The translations under genes were made by a program, and so were the position numbers. From NCBI RefSeq assembly GCF_001194135.2, contig NC_068983.1, positions 139,667,786-139,719,397 of the forward strand: DNA of 51,612 nucleotides, given 5' to 3'. Positions 23,981 through 36,358 of this stretch are shown here, piece after piece. The DNA comes from Octopus bimaculoides. Lineage: Eukaryota. The notes under the pieces are model-generated. The model saw only the letters and a list, made by a program, of their open reading frames with translations. It did not search any database and had not been told where the DNA came from. Every line of letters starts with the position of its first letter. Position 1 is the stretch's first letter.

Positions 23981-24748
23981 ATACGTACGCGCACTTCTGT
24001 AGTTTTGAACTTCTGTCTGATGCACGTCAGCTAATGCTGCCTAACCTTATACAAATTGTTTATGTTCAATTTACTTCTGATTATATGTCGGTCGTACAAT
24101 TTTCAGCCAGAATTTTAAAACATTTATTTTTGGACTCGCAAATCTAAACGGATTGTTTTTCTTCCTCTATTTCATATTTGTAGTGAAGTATACATCTTAC
24201 GATATACTAACAGTATTGACTAAGTTTTCATATTTATATATATCTTTAGCAATTTTACTTCGTTTTAGATGAAAACACGTAATTACAGCAACACTTGAGA
24301 AAAATATACTTTATACAATTTTTTACTTACTTTGTGAATACGTATAACATTATTTTATTTCTGCTTTTGGAATTGTTTTAAAATTTATTTCATATCTGCT
24401 AATGGCATACAATCTGAAAGAGTTAGTTTATTGAAAATGGTGGAGTTTAGTCCAATGTTATAATTGCTACTCAGAAATACAAAAGAAATTGAAAATAACC
24501 TAATATGTAGAATAAATATGGTACGCATTTTCTTTTTATTATCGCAGAATATAATTAGAGAAACATTAACATGATTTTAATTAATTTTATAGTATATCAT
24601 TCCTTTGAAGATCTCGACGAAAATAAAGAGAATTTGTACAATAATAACAATACTCTGTAAGACTAAATAGTTGTTGAAAGTAAAGTTTAACATAAAACAA
24701 AGATAAAATTGATGATAATAATAAAAATGATTGAAATGCAACACAACT

Positions 24749-24871
24749 ACGATGATGAGGATGAGGATGATGAGAATGATGATGATGTTGATGATGATGA
24801 TGATGATGATGATGACGATGATGATGATGATGATGATGATGATAAAAATAATGATAATAAAAATAATAATG

Positions 24872-24933
<62 letters not shown>
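24749..24933. repeat. Compound (GAT)n(AAT)n trinucleotide microsatellite
   Basis: Direct reading; explains the poly-D/N and poly-M/I ORFs. Confidence 0.95.
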
Positions 24934-24989
24934 GATATTTTAAGAAACTACAAAGTGTATTACAACTAATGCCAATATTTCTTTTAAAC

Positions 24990-26280
24990 GTAATTCATTA
25001 TAGATAATCCTCTATGGGTGACAATTATAAGTATCTTGTACAGCATGAGAATGTCAGATATGGTGGGCCCATATATAAGGAGAGGACGAGGTATGAATAC
25101 TTCAGGAGACTAATGAGCATATGCACATCGGAATGCTCAGCTTACAAGAATATTGGCCAGAACTTTACAGTGCCTGTCATTACGCTTACGTTTAAATTTA
25201 TGAACTGGTCACTGCATAACTTAGTGAGGAAGATGTTCGAACACGCAAGCTGAGTTGTATTATGGGAAACGTAACATAAATGGAAATGTAGTCAGGCTAT
25301 ATTTCTCACGCAAGGATGGTGGCCGTGGTCTGAAATCTCTATTGATATCATATGAAGCACGCATTGCAATGCTAATACGTTATCTGAAAACAAAGACACG
25401 AGACCAGTAACTATCTTGCCCACAACTGGGGATGTGAAAGCAACGACACAATTACGATAGGTAATGTAATGAAAATCATGAAATAAGAGCTGATACAGAT
25501 CTTTGCGCAGGGAGCATGATAAAATCTATGAGAAAATTGAAATAAAATATCCAACAGTTCATTGAGAGAATAGTACATATGGCACAAAAAGCACAAACCA
25601 TGGAAGGAATTGAGCATGTCAAAAGCTTGATATGGGATACTGACAAGTTTATGACATCACACTGTGAAGGCTATCTTCATGCAATTTAAGAATAATGGAT
25701 GCACACTAGGTATCTACAGTATAAAATGGCGAGCGACAATAAATGCAGTCTGTGCAAAACAAACGCCGAATGCATAAACCTCATTATTGCCAACTATGAG
25801 GGAATATGTTCCAGAGATTACATCCCAACGAGGCTTGATACAGTGGCCTGAACAGTTTGGAGCAGGATAAAAATTAAGAAACAACTATAATGATGTTGAC
25901 TATAGAGAGTCATGTGTCGAACTAAAAAATTAATATAGAAATAAGTCGAAACACAAACGACAGATAGTGTTGTGGCAGGCCACATGGAAATATGTTCTTT
26001 TCTGAAAATCCCTTGCCTTCTGAACACAAATGTGGTGAGAAAAATGCAAGAGAAAGAGGATATTTATGGACTCTTGATAAAGAGTTTGCGAATCCAACAC
26101 CCAAGGTACATTTTCATATTCATATCTATCATTTTTGAAGTAACAGGGATACGTACCAACTATCTGGAACAAAGTATGGCTGAACTTGGTTTCTTGGGGA
26201 GAAAATGTTTTCAATTTGAAGTGTTTCAGCTTTAACATACACTACAATTGATCGAGATATCTGGAGCTATACAAAACTAA
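24990..26280 (+). mobile_element. R4/Dong-type relic (copy 3), older or a different subfamily
   Basis: GDNYKYL..HENV, RLYFSRKDGGRGLKS, DNKCSLCKT (knuckle), EICSFLKIPCLLNTNVVRKMQEKEDIYG (endonuclease region); many stops and frameshifts. Confidence 0.85.
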
Positions 26281-27433
26281 AAGACCATAAGATTTGAAGT
26301 ATTACGAACAAAGCAAGATGCTTTCTTTCACTACCCCATGTTCGTGCCTGTATGTATGTGAGTGTATATCTGTGCGACTTCGCAAAATAGCGTAAACCTA
26401 TTATATGAATGCCTTTGCTTAATATTTTGTATTTATCATTAATGCTTGTTACAGAAGACAGGTAGAATAATGAGACGCATCAACAAAAGTTTCACTGTCT
26501 TTTTGCGTCCGGGGTACAATATTTACTGCGGTCTACTTATGCTTTCATTTGTCTGGGTTCTGTAAGTTATAGTACCAGTAATTAAGTCACTATTATATAG
26601 CCTTATTGTCAACCTAATCGGAACCCATAAACCTATTTTAGAAACGATTATTTTAATAAGCCAAACGCAGATATTCACTTGGAGATTCTATTGATCACAT
26701 TAACTTTGTAACACTGAGAAGATAATCTGTGTATTTTCATCGTCCTCACTGAGAAAATATTTGTTTTGTAAAGCTCAATGTTATACATGAACTACAACAA
26801 AACAGTTTGCCTAGGAATAATTTTATGTTTGATTTTCTCTCTCCGCAAACTTAGTGAGGTATATCTCCCAAATAAGGTGTGTTTTTTTCTAAGTTTTAAA
26901 TTGCATATGCATACAAACTCAACACAAACGTATAATATTTCCATATTGTTCTTGCGTTTCAACATGTCCTGGAAGTTGCTCAAAGTTAGTGGCAACTGAA
27001 GTTTCAATAGCCATACTAAAATCTCTGAGCATAATACTATTATTTTGGGGAATTGATTAATATCGAATTTGTTTTTTTTAATCAGGGAATGAATCAACAA
27101 CGCTTACTATCCCACTAATAAATGCTTGGTCTTCAAAATCTGGGCACTCGATTCCGTGTTTTTCATCTTTGTGGTTGGAGTTTATATTAAGTGACAGACG
27201 AGGCAGTATATACCGCTAAAAGCAAAAATAAACACACAATTTTATATTTTATAGATTCGTGTTTTGTTCTTGTGTCACACATAAATAGTTACGTAAATAA
27301 TATTTCTTCTTCGAAGAATAATGCAAAAATGGAAATGAAAAACTAAGAAGTGGAAGTGCAATAATAAGAATATCATGCGCGAGGTAACGAGATCATTGCT
27401 CAGATTCTTCCAAGTTTTCGAGTTTTGACTTTT

Positions 27434-27523
27434 ATAGGCGGACGTATGGCTGTATGTAGGATGTTTGATTCTCAACCAAATACTTCCAGATTCAGTTCCC
27501 CTACGTATCGTAGAATCCCATCG

Positions 27524-27568
<45 letters not shown>

Positions 27569-27855
27569 NNNNNNNNNNNNNNNNNNNNNNNNNNNNNNNN
27601 NNNNNNNNNNNNNNNNNNNNNNNNNNNNNNNNNNNNNNNNNNNNNNNNNNNNNNNNNNNNNNNNNNNNNNNNNNNNNNNNNNNNNNNNNNNNNNNNNNNN
27701 NNNNNNNNNNNNNNNNNNNNNNNNNNNNNNNNNNNNNNNNNNNNNNNNNNNNNNNNNNNNNNNNNNNNNNNNNNNNNNNNNNNNNNNNNNNNNNNNNNNN
27801 NNNNNNNNNNNNNNNNNNNNNNNNNNNNNNNNNNNNNNNNNNNNNNNNNNNNNNN

Positions 27856-27900
<45 letters not shown>

Positions 27901-28110
27901 CTCTGTGTATGTGTGTCATTGTGTGTCTCCCACCACCACATAAAAATCTGTGTGAGTGAGTGTACGTCCCCGTAACCTAGCGGTTCTGCAAAACAGACCA
28001 TTAGAATAAGTACTAGGCTTCAAAACATTAGTCCTAGGGTCGAATTGTTCGACTAAAACCGTTCAATCCAGTGCTCAGTATAGCTGGAGTTAAATGATTG
28101 AAATAAGTAA
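27434..28110 (+). mobile_element. SINE family A, degenerate, spanning internal (TA)n - gap - (TG)n
   Basis: Head ATAGGCG...TGGCTGT...CAACCA...TTCAGTTCCC before the gap; CGTCCCCGTAACCTAGCGGTT, AGAATAAGTACTAGGCTT, GGGTCGA.TTGTTCGACTAAA after it. Confidence 0.65.
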
Positions 28111-29285
28111 AAGATGAACGTAAATGCATAAAATTCCTTAAACGGAATAGTACTAATACAATGAGTCGTATTAAAGTACATTATTTTAAATGGAGAAACA
28201 CGTCATATACACTTTTTAAAGAAATATATCTACGATTAAAGTGTATATATTCCAATATAACTTTTCTTTTATTTTCCAGGCTTACGTATAACCAAGCTTT
28301 GCTTGCCATCGTATTAAACTTAGCTAACCAGGCATGACTGGTCATCTAGGTAAGTTACTAGGCTGCTGGATATACACCTTGGAGACAGACGTAAGTCACA
28401 CCAGGCGTCCACTAATACATTTAACATCTGGAACCCCCGGTACTTGTCCATTAAAGAAGCATGCACTATTATCTCAAGAGTATACTAAGTCGAGATCAGT
28501 TCAGTTCGGACAAATAATAATGTAACGAAAATATATTGAAATATGTAAATGTAACTTCAACAAAGATATGGCAACCATGTGTTCTCTTTCCAGTAGAAGT
28601 CATGTAGAAACATCCAACGCTAGCTAGCCATATTTAGATTCTGGTCTCAAAGTATAATCTACAAAACTTCGTGTGGAGCAGAGTAGGGCGACCTACGCCA
28701 TAAATTATGAGGCAAACAGGAACATGATTTGAAGAGCTAAAATATATTATATCCCTTTAGATAAAAAAAAAAAAGAAATATCCAGTAAGCGACTGAAAGA
28801 AAAATTTAAAAAAAATATTGCTGCTGTTAAAATGAAGAACACCATCTCCGAATTAGTCTTGGTCCTACAACCTTTAGCAGTTCTCCATCGGATTAAGCGC
28901 ACCAACCTTTGTTTATTCCTATAAATTTTGCCAGCATTCCTCTTCTAACAGTCTAAATACATACAATATTTTCCTTTTCCTCGATTATTTCCTTGTTCTG
29001 ATTTTTTGCTCTTATTTTCCTCCTTTATTTTTCTTCCTCATTCTTTTTCGGTTTTTGCTCGAAGGAAGACTCCATGTTTATTTTGAGCCTGAACAAATTC
29101 AGGATAGTTTATACGGCAAGCTATACAAGCACACCAGGAGGTTACTGTAATATCGGAGAATGTAACTTGTAGCGCAGTGGAAGTATCAAAAGATATTTCT
29201 CGCTGAATGGAATACGTTTTTGGTGATCCGATCATTAACAGTACAGTACACTTTGTATATTTACATATGTGTGTGTATGAGTGTG

Positions 29286-29288
29286 CGC

Positions 29289-29371
<83 letters not shown>

Positions 29372-29410
29372 TGTGTGTGCGTGTGTGTGTGTGTGAGTGC
29401 GTGTGCGCAT
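29286..29410. repeat. Compound (TA)n(TG)n microsatellite
   Basis: Direct reading. Confidence 0.95.
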
Positions 29411-29734
29411 ATATGTGTTTGTGTGTTTGTATACATTTATATGTGCACACACAAACACAAGCACACACATACATACACTCACAGACACTCAAACACATTC
29501 ATACTATTACGTTGCTGCGTTCTTACAAATTTTACTAGCACACGCATGGGTTCAGTGAAGCTGGTTATTTGATATACAATACATATTTTTTGCAATTAGA
29601 AGTACACCGTATTATGCAACAGTGTTTGATACCAAACTAATGAATTCAAAAAGTGTATGAGAGGGGCACTGATATATTCACAGTAGTTAGTCGACCACTT
29701 ATAAAAGCGTAGTGTATACATACCTATTCACTCG

Positions 29735-29791
<57 letters not shown>

Positions 29792-30755
29792 NNNNNNNNN
29801 NNNNNNNNNNNNNNNNNNNNNNNNNNNNNNNNNNNNNNNNNNNNNNNNNNNNNNNNNNNNNNNNNNNNNNNNNNNNNNNNNNNNNNNNNNNNNNNNNNNN
29901 NNNNNNNNNNNNNNNNNNNNNNNNNNNNNNNNNNNNNNNNNNNNNNNNNNNNNNNNNNNNNNNNNNNNNNNNNNNNNNNNNNNNNNNNNNNNNNNNNNNN
30001 NNNNNNNNNNNNNNNNNNNNNNNNNNNNNNNNNNNNNNNNNNNNNNNNNNNNNNNNNNNNNNNNNNNNNNNNNNNNNNNNNNNNNNNNNNNNNNNNNNNN
30101 NNNNNNNNNNNNNNNNNNNNNNNNNNNNNNNNNNNNNNNNNNNNNNNNNNNNNNNNNNNNNNNNNNNNNNNNNNNNNNNNNNNNNNNNNNNNNNNNNNNN
30201 NNNNNNNNNNNNNNNNNNNNNNNNNNNNNNNNNNNNNNNNNNNNNNNNNNNNNNNNNNNNNNNNNNNNNNNNNNNNNNNNNNNNNNNNNNNNNNNNNNNN
30301 NNNNNNNNNNNNNNNNNNNNNNNNNNNNNNNNNNNNNNNNNNNNNNNNNNNNNNNNNNNNNNNNNNNNNNNNNNNNNNNNNNNNNNNNNNNNNNNNNNNN
30401 NNNNNNNNNNNNNNNNNNNNNNNNNNNNNNNNNNNNNNNNNNNNNNNNNNNNNNNNNNNNNNNNNNNNNNNNNNNNNNNNNNNNNNNNNNNNNNNNNNNN
30501 NNNNNNNNNNNNNNNNNNNNNNNNNNNNNNNNNNNNNNNNNNNNNNNNNNNNNNNNNNNNNNNNNNNNNNNNNNNNNNNNNNNNNNNNNNNNNNNNNNNN
30601 NNNNNNNNNNNNNNNNNNNNNNNNNNNNNNNNNNNNNNNNNNNNNNNNNNNNNNNNNNNNNNNNNNNNNNNNNNAACGTCTTCCTCACGTGGTATTGATG
30701 TTCACATGGTCAAAATTAACGTGAGTTATTTAGACGTTAACAAATTTATTAGAAT

Positions 30756-30817
30756 ATTTAGCTGAAGATCAGAATAGAGTATTCTTTACTCTTAACTGTG
30801 AAACGATCGTACTAAAT
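30756..30817 (+). ncRNA. Minimal type I hammerhead ribozyme motif (Penelope-like-element style)
   Basis: Stem I ATTTAG(30756-61)/CTAAAT(30812-17), perfect 6 bp. Core CTGAAGA 30762-68. Stem II CAG/CTG + AGAGTA/TACTCT with loop TTCTT. GAAA 30800-03. Stem III palindrome ACGATCGT. Cleavage triplet GTA 30809-11. The closing 10.1-11.1 pair is T-T rather than the canonical G-C. Confidence 0.7.
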
Positions 30818-31061
30818 TAACTAAAGGCAGGTGGGTTTTTTTACTCTTCTCTACTGTTTTTTGTTCTGTGTGTATCAAACATATCGCTATCAATCTGGAG
30901 TAATAATTTGTAGTTTTGAAATCAGTAGTTCTTTGACTGCTATTTCTGAATTCTCAGTATGTTGGAGAAGCAGGTTACTGTCAATCCCTATATATTTATG
31001 ATTATATATATATATTTATATATATCGCTTGATATATAAGTACACACATTTGCTGTTCTAG

Positions 31062-31410
31062 TTATGATTATGATTATGATTATTATTATTATCATTATTT
31101 TTATTATTATTGTTGTTGTTGTTGTTGTTGTTGTTGTTATAATCGAGTGTGAAAGCAGTGCATGCCACTAAAGTGATACTGATGTAAAATATACAGAGCC
31201 CACTATACCCATCATAACTACCTGTCTGATAAGGGCACAGCAGGCATATACCTTACAGACATATGTGTGTCACATGGTGATACCGTATGAAGATAAACAG
31301 CACATGACCTTGCAGGTGGGCCCAGTTAGAAGTCTTGGCAGGTCGATTAGCCCATCCTGCTCAAACAGTACTTGAATAAGGCTTGTTTAAGAACGTTGAA
31401 CGAAACACAA
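31062..31410 (-). mobile_element. Interspersed repeat (SINE or LINE 3' end) with an (ATT)n/(GTT)n tail on the + strand
   Basis: GC-richer 270-nt block next to a trinucleotide tail; resembles an abundant octopus repeat from memory, unverified. Confidence 0.4.
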
Positions 31411-31464
31411 TGCTTGCAAAGGTGAATTATTTAAACTCCAAAGAATTCCTTTCAACATATATAT

Positions 31465-31660
31465 TTGTGTGTCTGTGTTTGTCTCTCCACCATCGCTTAA
31501 AACCGATTTTGGTGTGTTTACGTACCCGTAAATTAGTCATTCGGCAAAAGAGAGCGATAGAGTAAGTATTTGGCTTACAAAGCATAAGTCCTTGGGTCGA
31601 TTTGTTTGACTAAAGGCGGTGCTGCAGCAACATGGCCGCAGTCAAATGACTGAAACAAAT
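31465..31660 (+). mobile_element. SINE family A, 3' half
   Basis: CATCGCTT, GGTGTGTTTACGT, TTCGGCAAAAGAGA, GGGTCGATTTG.TTGACTAAAGGCGGTGCT, ATGGCCGCAGTCAAATGACTGAAACAA; reverse complement of the 46137 copy. Confidence 0.75.
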
Positions 31661-33099
31661 CAAAACCTTAAATAATTATTATTTCTGTGATATATTATGT
31701 GTATATTGCTTTATTATCCAAGACTGTTTCTATTTAGTTATACGAATGTTATGCGCATATATTGTGTTGTTCGAAAATGCGCATCAATCCTCCATTACAT
31801 TGACTTCTCTTTACACAAAATTTATTCGTGTTTTTATGAATAAAACAATATTAATATGGACTTCGTTTCAATTCACTAAATGATATTTCATTTCATGATT
31901 ACAGTGCTTCTGGTTCCTATATTCTATATATGAAAAATTGAAAATATAATTAATTCCTAGTTTAACACTCCAATTGCCATTAGTAGATAACAGTTTTCCC
32001 TTACGTATGACTATACGAGATAAAGTGCTTTAAAGCAATTTTCTCATTTTATGTTCCATTATATAATATGATTTTATGTTGCTTCAAATGTTGTCAATTG
32101 TACATGAAAAATGGAACGACTTTGCCAATAGATTTCTGATATTCGTTCTGATGCTCCAGTTTTAAGGGCTTTAACTTAGAATGTCATTTCACCGTGCATC
32201 TTTGTATTCATTTCACATATAATCCTACTCTAAAGCTAGAGCATAACAGAAGCGAGAATATAGCAGCATACATATAGTGGATACCAATGAAAATTTTACC
32301 GGCATTTTTACCTATGAATCAAAATTTGTTTGGGAATAATTTAAATATTTGTTGAATAGAGTCTGAATTCAAAATTTAAACTTCAAAAACTATCATTGTA
32401 AAGAACAATGCAACAAAGTAATAATCCTCTAAAATTATGAAGCATGACGCTAATAAAATTGAAAGATTTGATATTAAATGTTGTTATATGACAAAAAATA
32501 AGGAAAAATAGAAATAACAAGAACATGTCTTTAACACATTGGAAGTATCATATATTTGAATTCATAATGTATTTTATAACAATAGAAGTAGTATTCGAGA
32601 AAAAGACACATCGATGCTTTTCCATTTGTTATATTATTCAGACGAATATTTAAAAAAGTTTAATGGGAAATATGATCGCATATTACGCATTTTGGCATCA
32701 ATATTTTTTTGTATTGTGGAATTGTCTACGTGCAGGCCAATTACAATGTGTGAAGATTCTGTAATATATATCACGTATTTATGCATATAAAAAGAAAAAA
32801 ATATATACATTTGAATGTACATATCTAATAAAAACTGAAAGATCGAACAGGGAGATTCGCTTGGCTAAACAACTACATTCCACACATTCGGTTATAATAT
32901 TATTTATAAAAGGATATACATCAAAACGTATCGTTGTCTCCATTAGCTTCAAACATAATCAAACATATCTAATAATAATTTGAGAAACAGAGATATAGTC
33001 ACGTGTGAACATGAATCTACATGCACCTACAGAGAAACCCTTGCATATATATACATATATGTGTGTGTGTGTGTGTGTGTATGTATATATACCTATATG

Positions 33100-33143
<44 letters not shown>

Positions 33144-33640
33144 NNNNNNNNNNNNNNNNNNNNNNNNNNNNNNNNNNNNNNNNNNNNNNNNNNNNNNNNN
33201 NNNNNNNNNNNNNNNNNNNNNNNNNNNNNNNNNNNNNNNNNNNNNNNNNNNNNNNNNNNNNNNNNNNNNNNNNNNNNNNATGTATATATATATATATGCG
33301 TGTGTGTGTGTGTGTGTGCGTATTCATATATACGTGTTTTTGTATAATTGTTTTTAAGTTATTAAATAAAATACATTGAATATGTATTAGTAGCGAATAT
33401 ATATTTTGTACAATGAACCTTCTGAACTCACACGCATTTACATATCACATAGTTATTCATACGTGTACGTTACTCTGTGTGCCCGTGTAATTTTTATATG
33501 TGAACGCTTTTGGATAATAACTGTTCTCTTGCTAACTATATAGTATTAGCCTTCAGAAAATATTAATTCTATGAAGGTAGAAAAGTCGCAACATTCATAT
33601 GTAAATGTACACTTTGATGAATATATTTTCAGAGTTGTAT

Positions 33641-33738
33641 TCATGATCCACTCAAAAGGAAATCTCTCGGTTTTTGTTCAAGTGCATTGGCATCATATTG
33701 ACCATTATGTACACCAACTTCACCAAAATAATAAGCAA
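33641..33738 (-). CDS. Candidate terminal coding exon (V)AYYFGEVGVHNGQYDANALEQKPRDFLLSGS*; unrecognised protein
   Basis: Long pyrimidine/T-rich acceptor ...TTTTCATTATTTAG; open in phase 1 to TGA; frame-compatible with the two upstream candidates. No transcript or homology evidence. Confidence 0.35.
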
Positions 33739-34519
33739 CTAAATAATGAAAATAACAACAACAATAAATATAAATTATTAATATTCGCTTCACCTCTTTA
33801 TTATCCTAATTATTATCACAAATTTAATCACTGCTATAAATATTTAGGTAGAAATACTTATTATTCATTAATTTTCTTTCGTCACCATTGCTGTGAGAAT
33901 AATAATTATTATATTCTTTACATTAACTAATACAGGTATTGGGTTATATACGCACACATGTATAAATAAATGCATAACAATCTTATCTGAATTTTCTATC
34001 CTATCACGTGGTGGTTCTACATACCTTTGCATTTTTACTAATAACTCTTCTCCCGCTCCCATTTCTTTTTCATTACTGCTTTTCTTTCATCCCTTCCTAC
34101 CAAACCACATCCGAACCAGAAAATTCCCTTCTCGGTCAAACTAGAAAACTGCAATTTTTATATCATAGACTATTCAACTGTTAAATCTATACTGATATAA
34201 TTTTGATTCATGTACTCGTTTTGTTTCTTACTTAATTTCAAATGTTGTTTTATTTGATCTTTGTTCCTTAAAATAGATTTTGTCCTATTTATACATTAGG
34301 GGTGCGTATAGTGTACTAGTGAGAGAGTATAGGGTCAGAACGTAGGATTACATGATCGATTTCTGAATATGACCGTGCCTTATGTCGTTGAGTAATATTC
34401 TAAATTTCCCGCTGCCTCTACTAATTCAGATAAAGATAATTACTAGTCGACTTCCGATGCATTACACTCCTTCTTTCCTCTCCACCCTCTCTCTCTCTTT
34501 CTGTCTTTTGCTTTCATAC

Positions 34520-34570
34520 CTCTGAAGTTGCATTGGCTGAATGGTGAAATTATCGAGGGAATTCCAATGT
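34520..34570 (-). CDS. Candidate 51-nt internal exon (D)IGIPSIISPFSQCNFR
   Basis: Acceptor TTCTTTTATTCCTCATTCCAG, donor GAG/GTATGA, phase 1 to phase 1, open. Confidence 0.35.
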
Positions 34571-35255
34571 CTGGAATGAGGAATAAAAGAATTTTGTTGT
34601 GCGTAGATATCGAGTCAGACGGTTGAAGTGAGCTACGTGATAATTTTCATTGCTGGTTCTTGGAAACCTGTAGTTAAACGAACATAAAGCAACCATCATG
34701 TTGCAATCTCATAAATGGAACAGTAGCTCCATTCTCAAATCATCAACAACAGATTACAATTGAATTGATTTGTAAACATACAACATAATATAAATATTAT
34801 CAAGAAAATCGTAAACATCCGACAATGGAATAAATTTAACTAGCTTGACAGTTGGTTCAATATTTTGTGAAGCGAAATAATTATACTTTTACATAATCGA
34901 CACTTTTGAGTTTTATCTTCCTCCTCTTCGAATATGTACTCATCAAATTCTTGAGATTAGCCAAGGGTAGTTATTTCATACACGATATTAAAACAGAAAT
35001 AATGTGGCAGAGAAAGCAGACTTATTTGAAAAGATTGCACAGGTATGAAAAAAAAATATGAATTTGATATCAGTGTTAATCAAACACTGATGTTCAATTA
35101 AATGTATAAACAGTGAAACGATGCGAAAGCACATTCAGGGGCACATTATTATAGATTTTCTCCCCAACATTATCATCTACCGATATTACATTCTGCTTAT
35201 CCTTAAACAGAAATTGACAGACGGCTGCAGTTAAAGACAACTTAAATTAACTCAC

Positions 35256-35319
35256 CATTCAAAAGAAATAATATCATGTAAGACACACCCATGGGAAGAA
35301 TGCTATTACTCGAGAACAA
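35256..35319 (-). CDS. Candidate exon LFSSNSILPMGVSYMILFLLN; possible ATG at 35292
   Basis: Donor ATG/GTGAGT ending in phase 1. Acceptor weak: TAG at 35320-21, or an alternative at 35334-35 whose frames are closed before the ATG. Confidence 0.28.
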
Positions 35320-35837
35320 CTAACAGTAGTTATCTACAATATAATATATATATTCATTCTATCCAATTTAGTGAGTACTCTAATTTTTTTTCATTTGTAG
35401 TCAACTACATCATATATGAATGTGTGTTAACGTTTGATTATGTGTGGTCTTGTCTGAACTCATACGCACATATATAATTGCATAACATGTTTTTCAGAAG
35501 AGCGGTTCAATGGAAATTGAACGGAAATAATTAAAATTAATACTTTCAGTCGGAACTAAATATGAATAAATAAGAACGAGAGCAAGCCAATTATATGTTG
35601 CGATTCAAGTGAAATAGAAATAAAAGAAGTGGATAAAACCAGAACGAGAAATTGTGAAATAAAGAAATAAAATTAAGATAATTGGTTTTAAAAATAATTA
35701 ACAGTGAACTAAAACATAGAATTAAAGTTAAGGAAACCTACTCAAAATGATCCAATGGTATGAAGGATTCTCTTTAAGTAATATTGTTTCTAATCTACTC
35801 AGAAGGTAAGTAATATTTCGGGAAATTACTCTCAGTC

Positions 35838-36358
35838 TGATTTGAAATTAGAACGTAAGGAGCCGGAAAAATATAACCGAGCATTTCGTTTGAGGTGCTA
35901 ACGATTCTGCCAACATGCCGACTTAAGAAGTATTGGGGGTAGCAAGTCGATTACATCGACCCCACTGCTCAAATGCTACTTATTATCTACTCCGACACGA
36001 TGAAAGTCAAAGTTGTCCTCGGCGGAATTTGAAATCAGAAAGTTAATACAGTCGAATTACCACTGAGTATTTTTCTCAGCGCGGTAATGATTCTGGCAGT
36101 CCGCCACCTTTCAGAACAAGTGTTTCCAAATTTTGGAACAATGCCTGCACTTTCGGGGACGGCGTAAGTCGAATACATCGAACACCCCCCCCCCNNNNNN
36201 NNNNNNNNNNNATCCCCACCCAAGTGCTCTACTGGTGTGTACTTTTTCCACACAGAAATTAGGCAAAGCATATTCGACCCAGGCAGAAATTGATCTCAGA
36301 ACACAAATATGAACGAGATGCTCCTAAGCATGTTTACCATTCTGCCAGCTCACTGCCG
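35838..36358 (-). mobile_element. Three head-to-tail SINE family B copies (35838-35921, 35930-36105, 36131-36358)
   Basis: Each repeats the ...ATTCTG(C/G)CA... head on the + strand; TCGATTACATCGACCCC and CTCGGCGGAATTTGAA motifs. Confidence 0.7.

Noticed and set aside
28800-29250. Lys/Arg/Glu-rich minus-strand text with faint resemblance to a retroelement ORF N-terminus
   Set aside because: Many stops and frameshifts and no diagnostic motif; cannot be classified by eye
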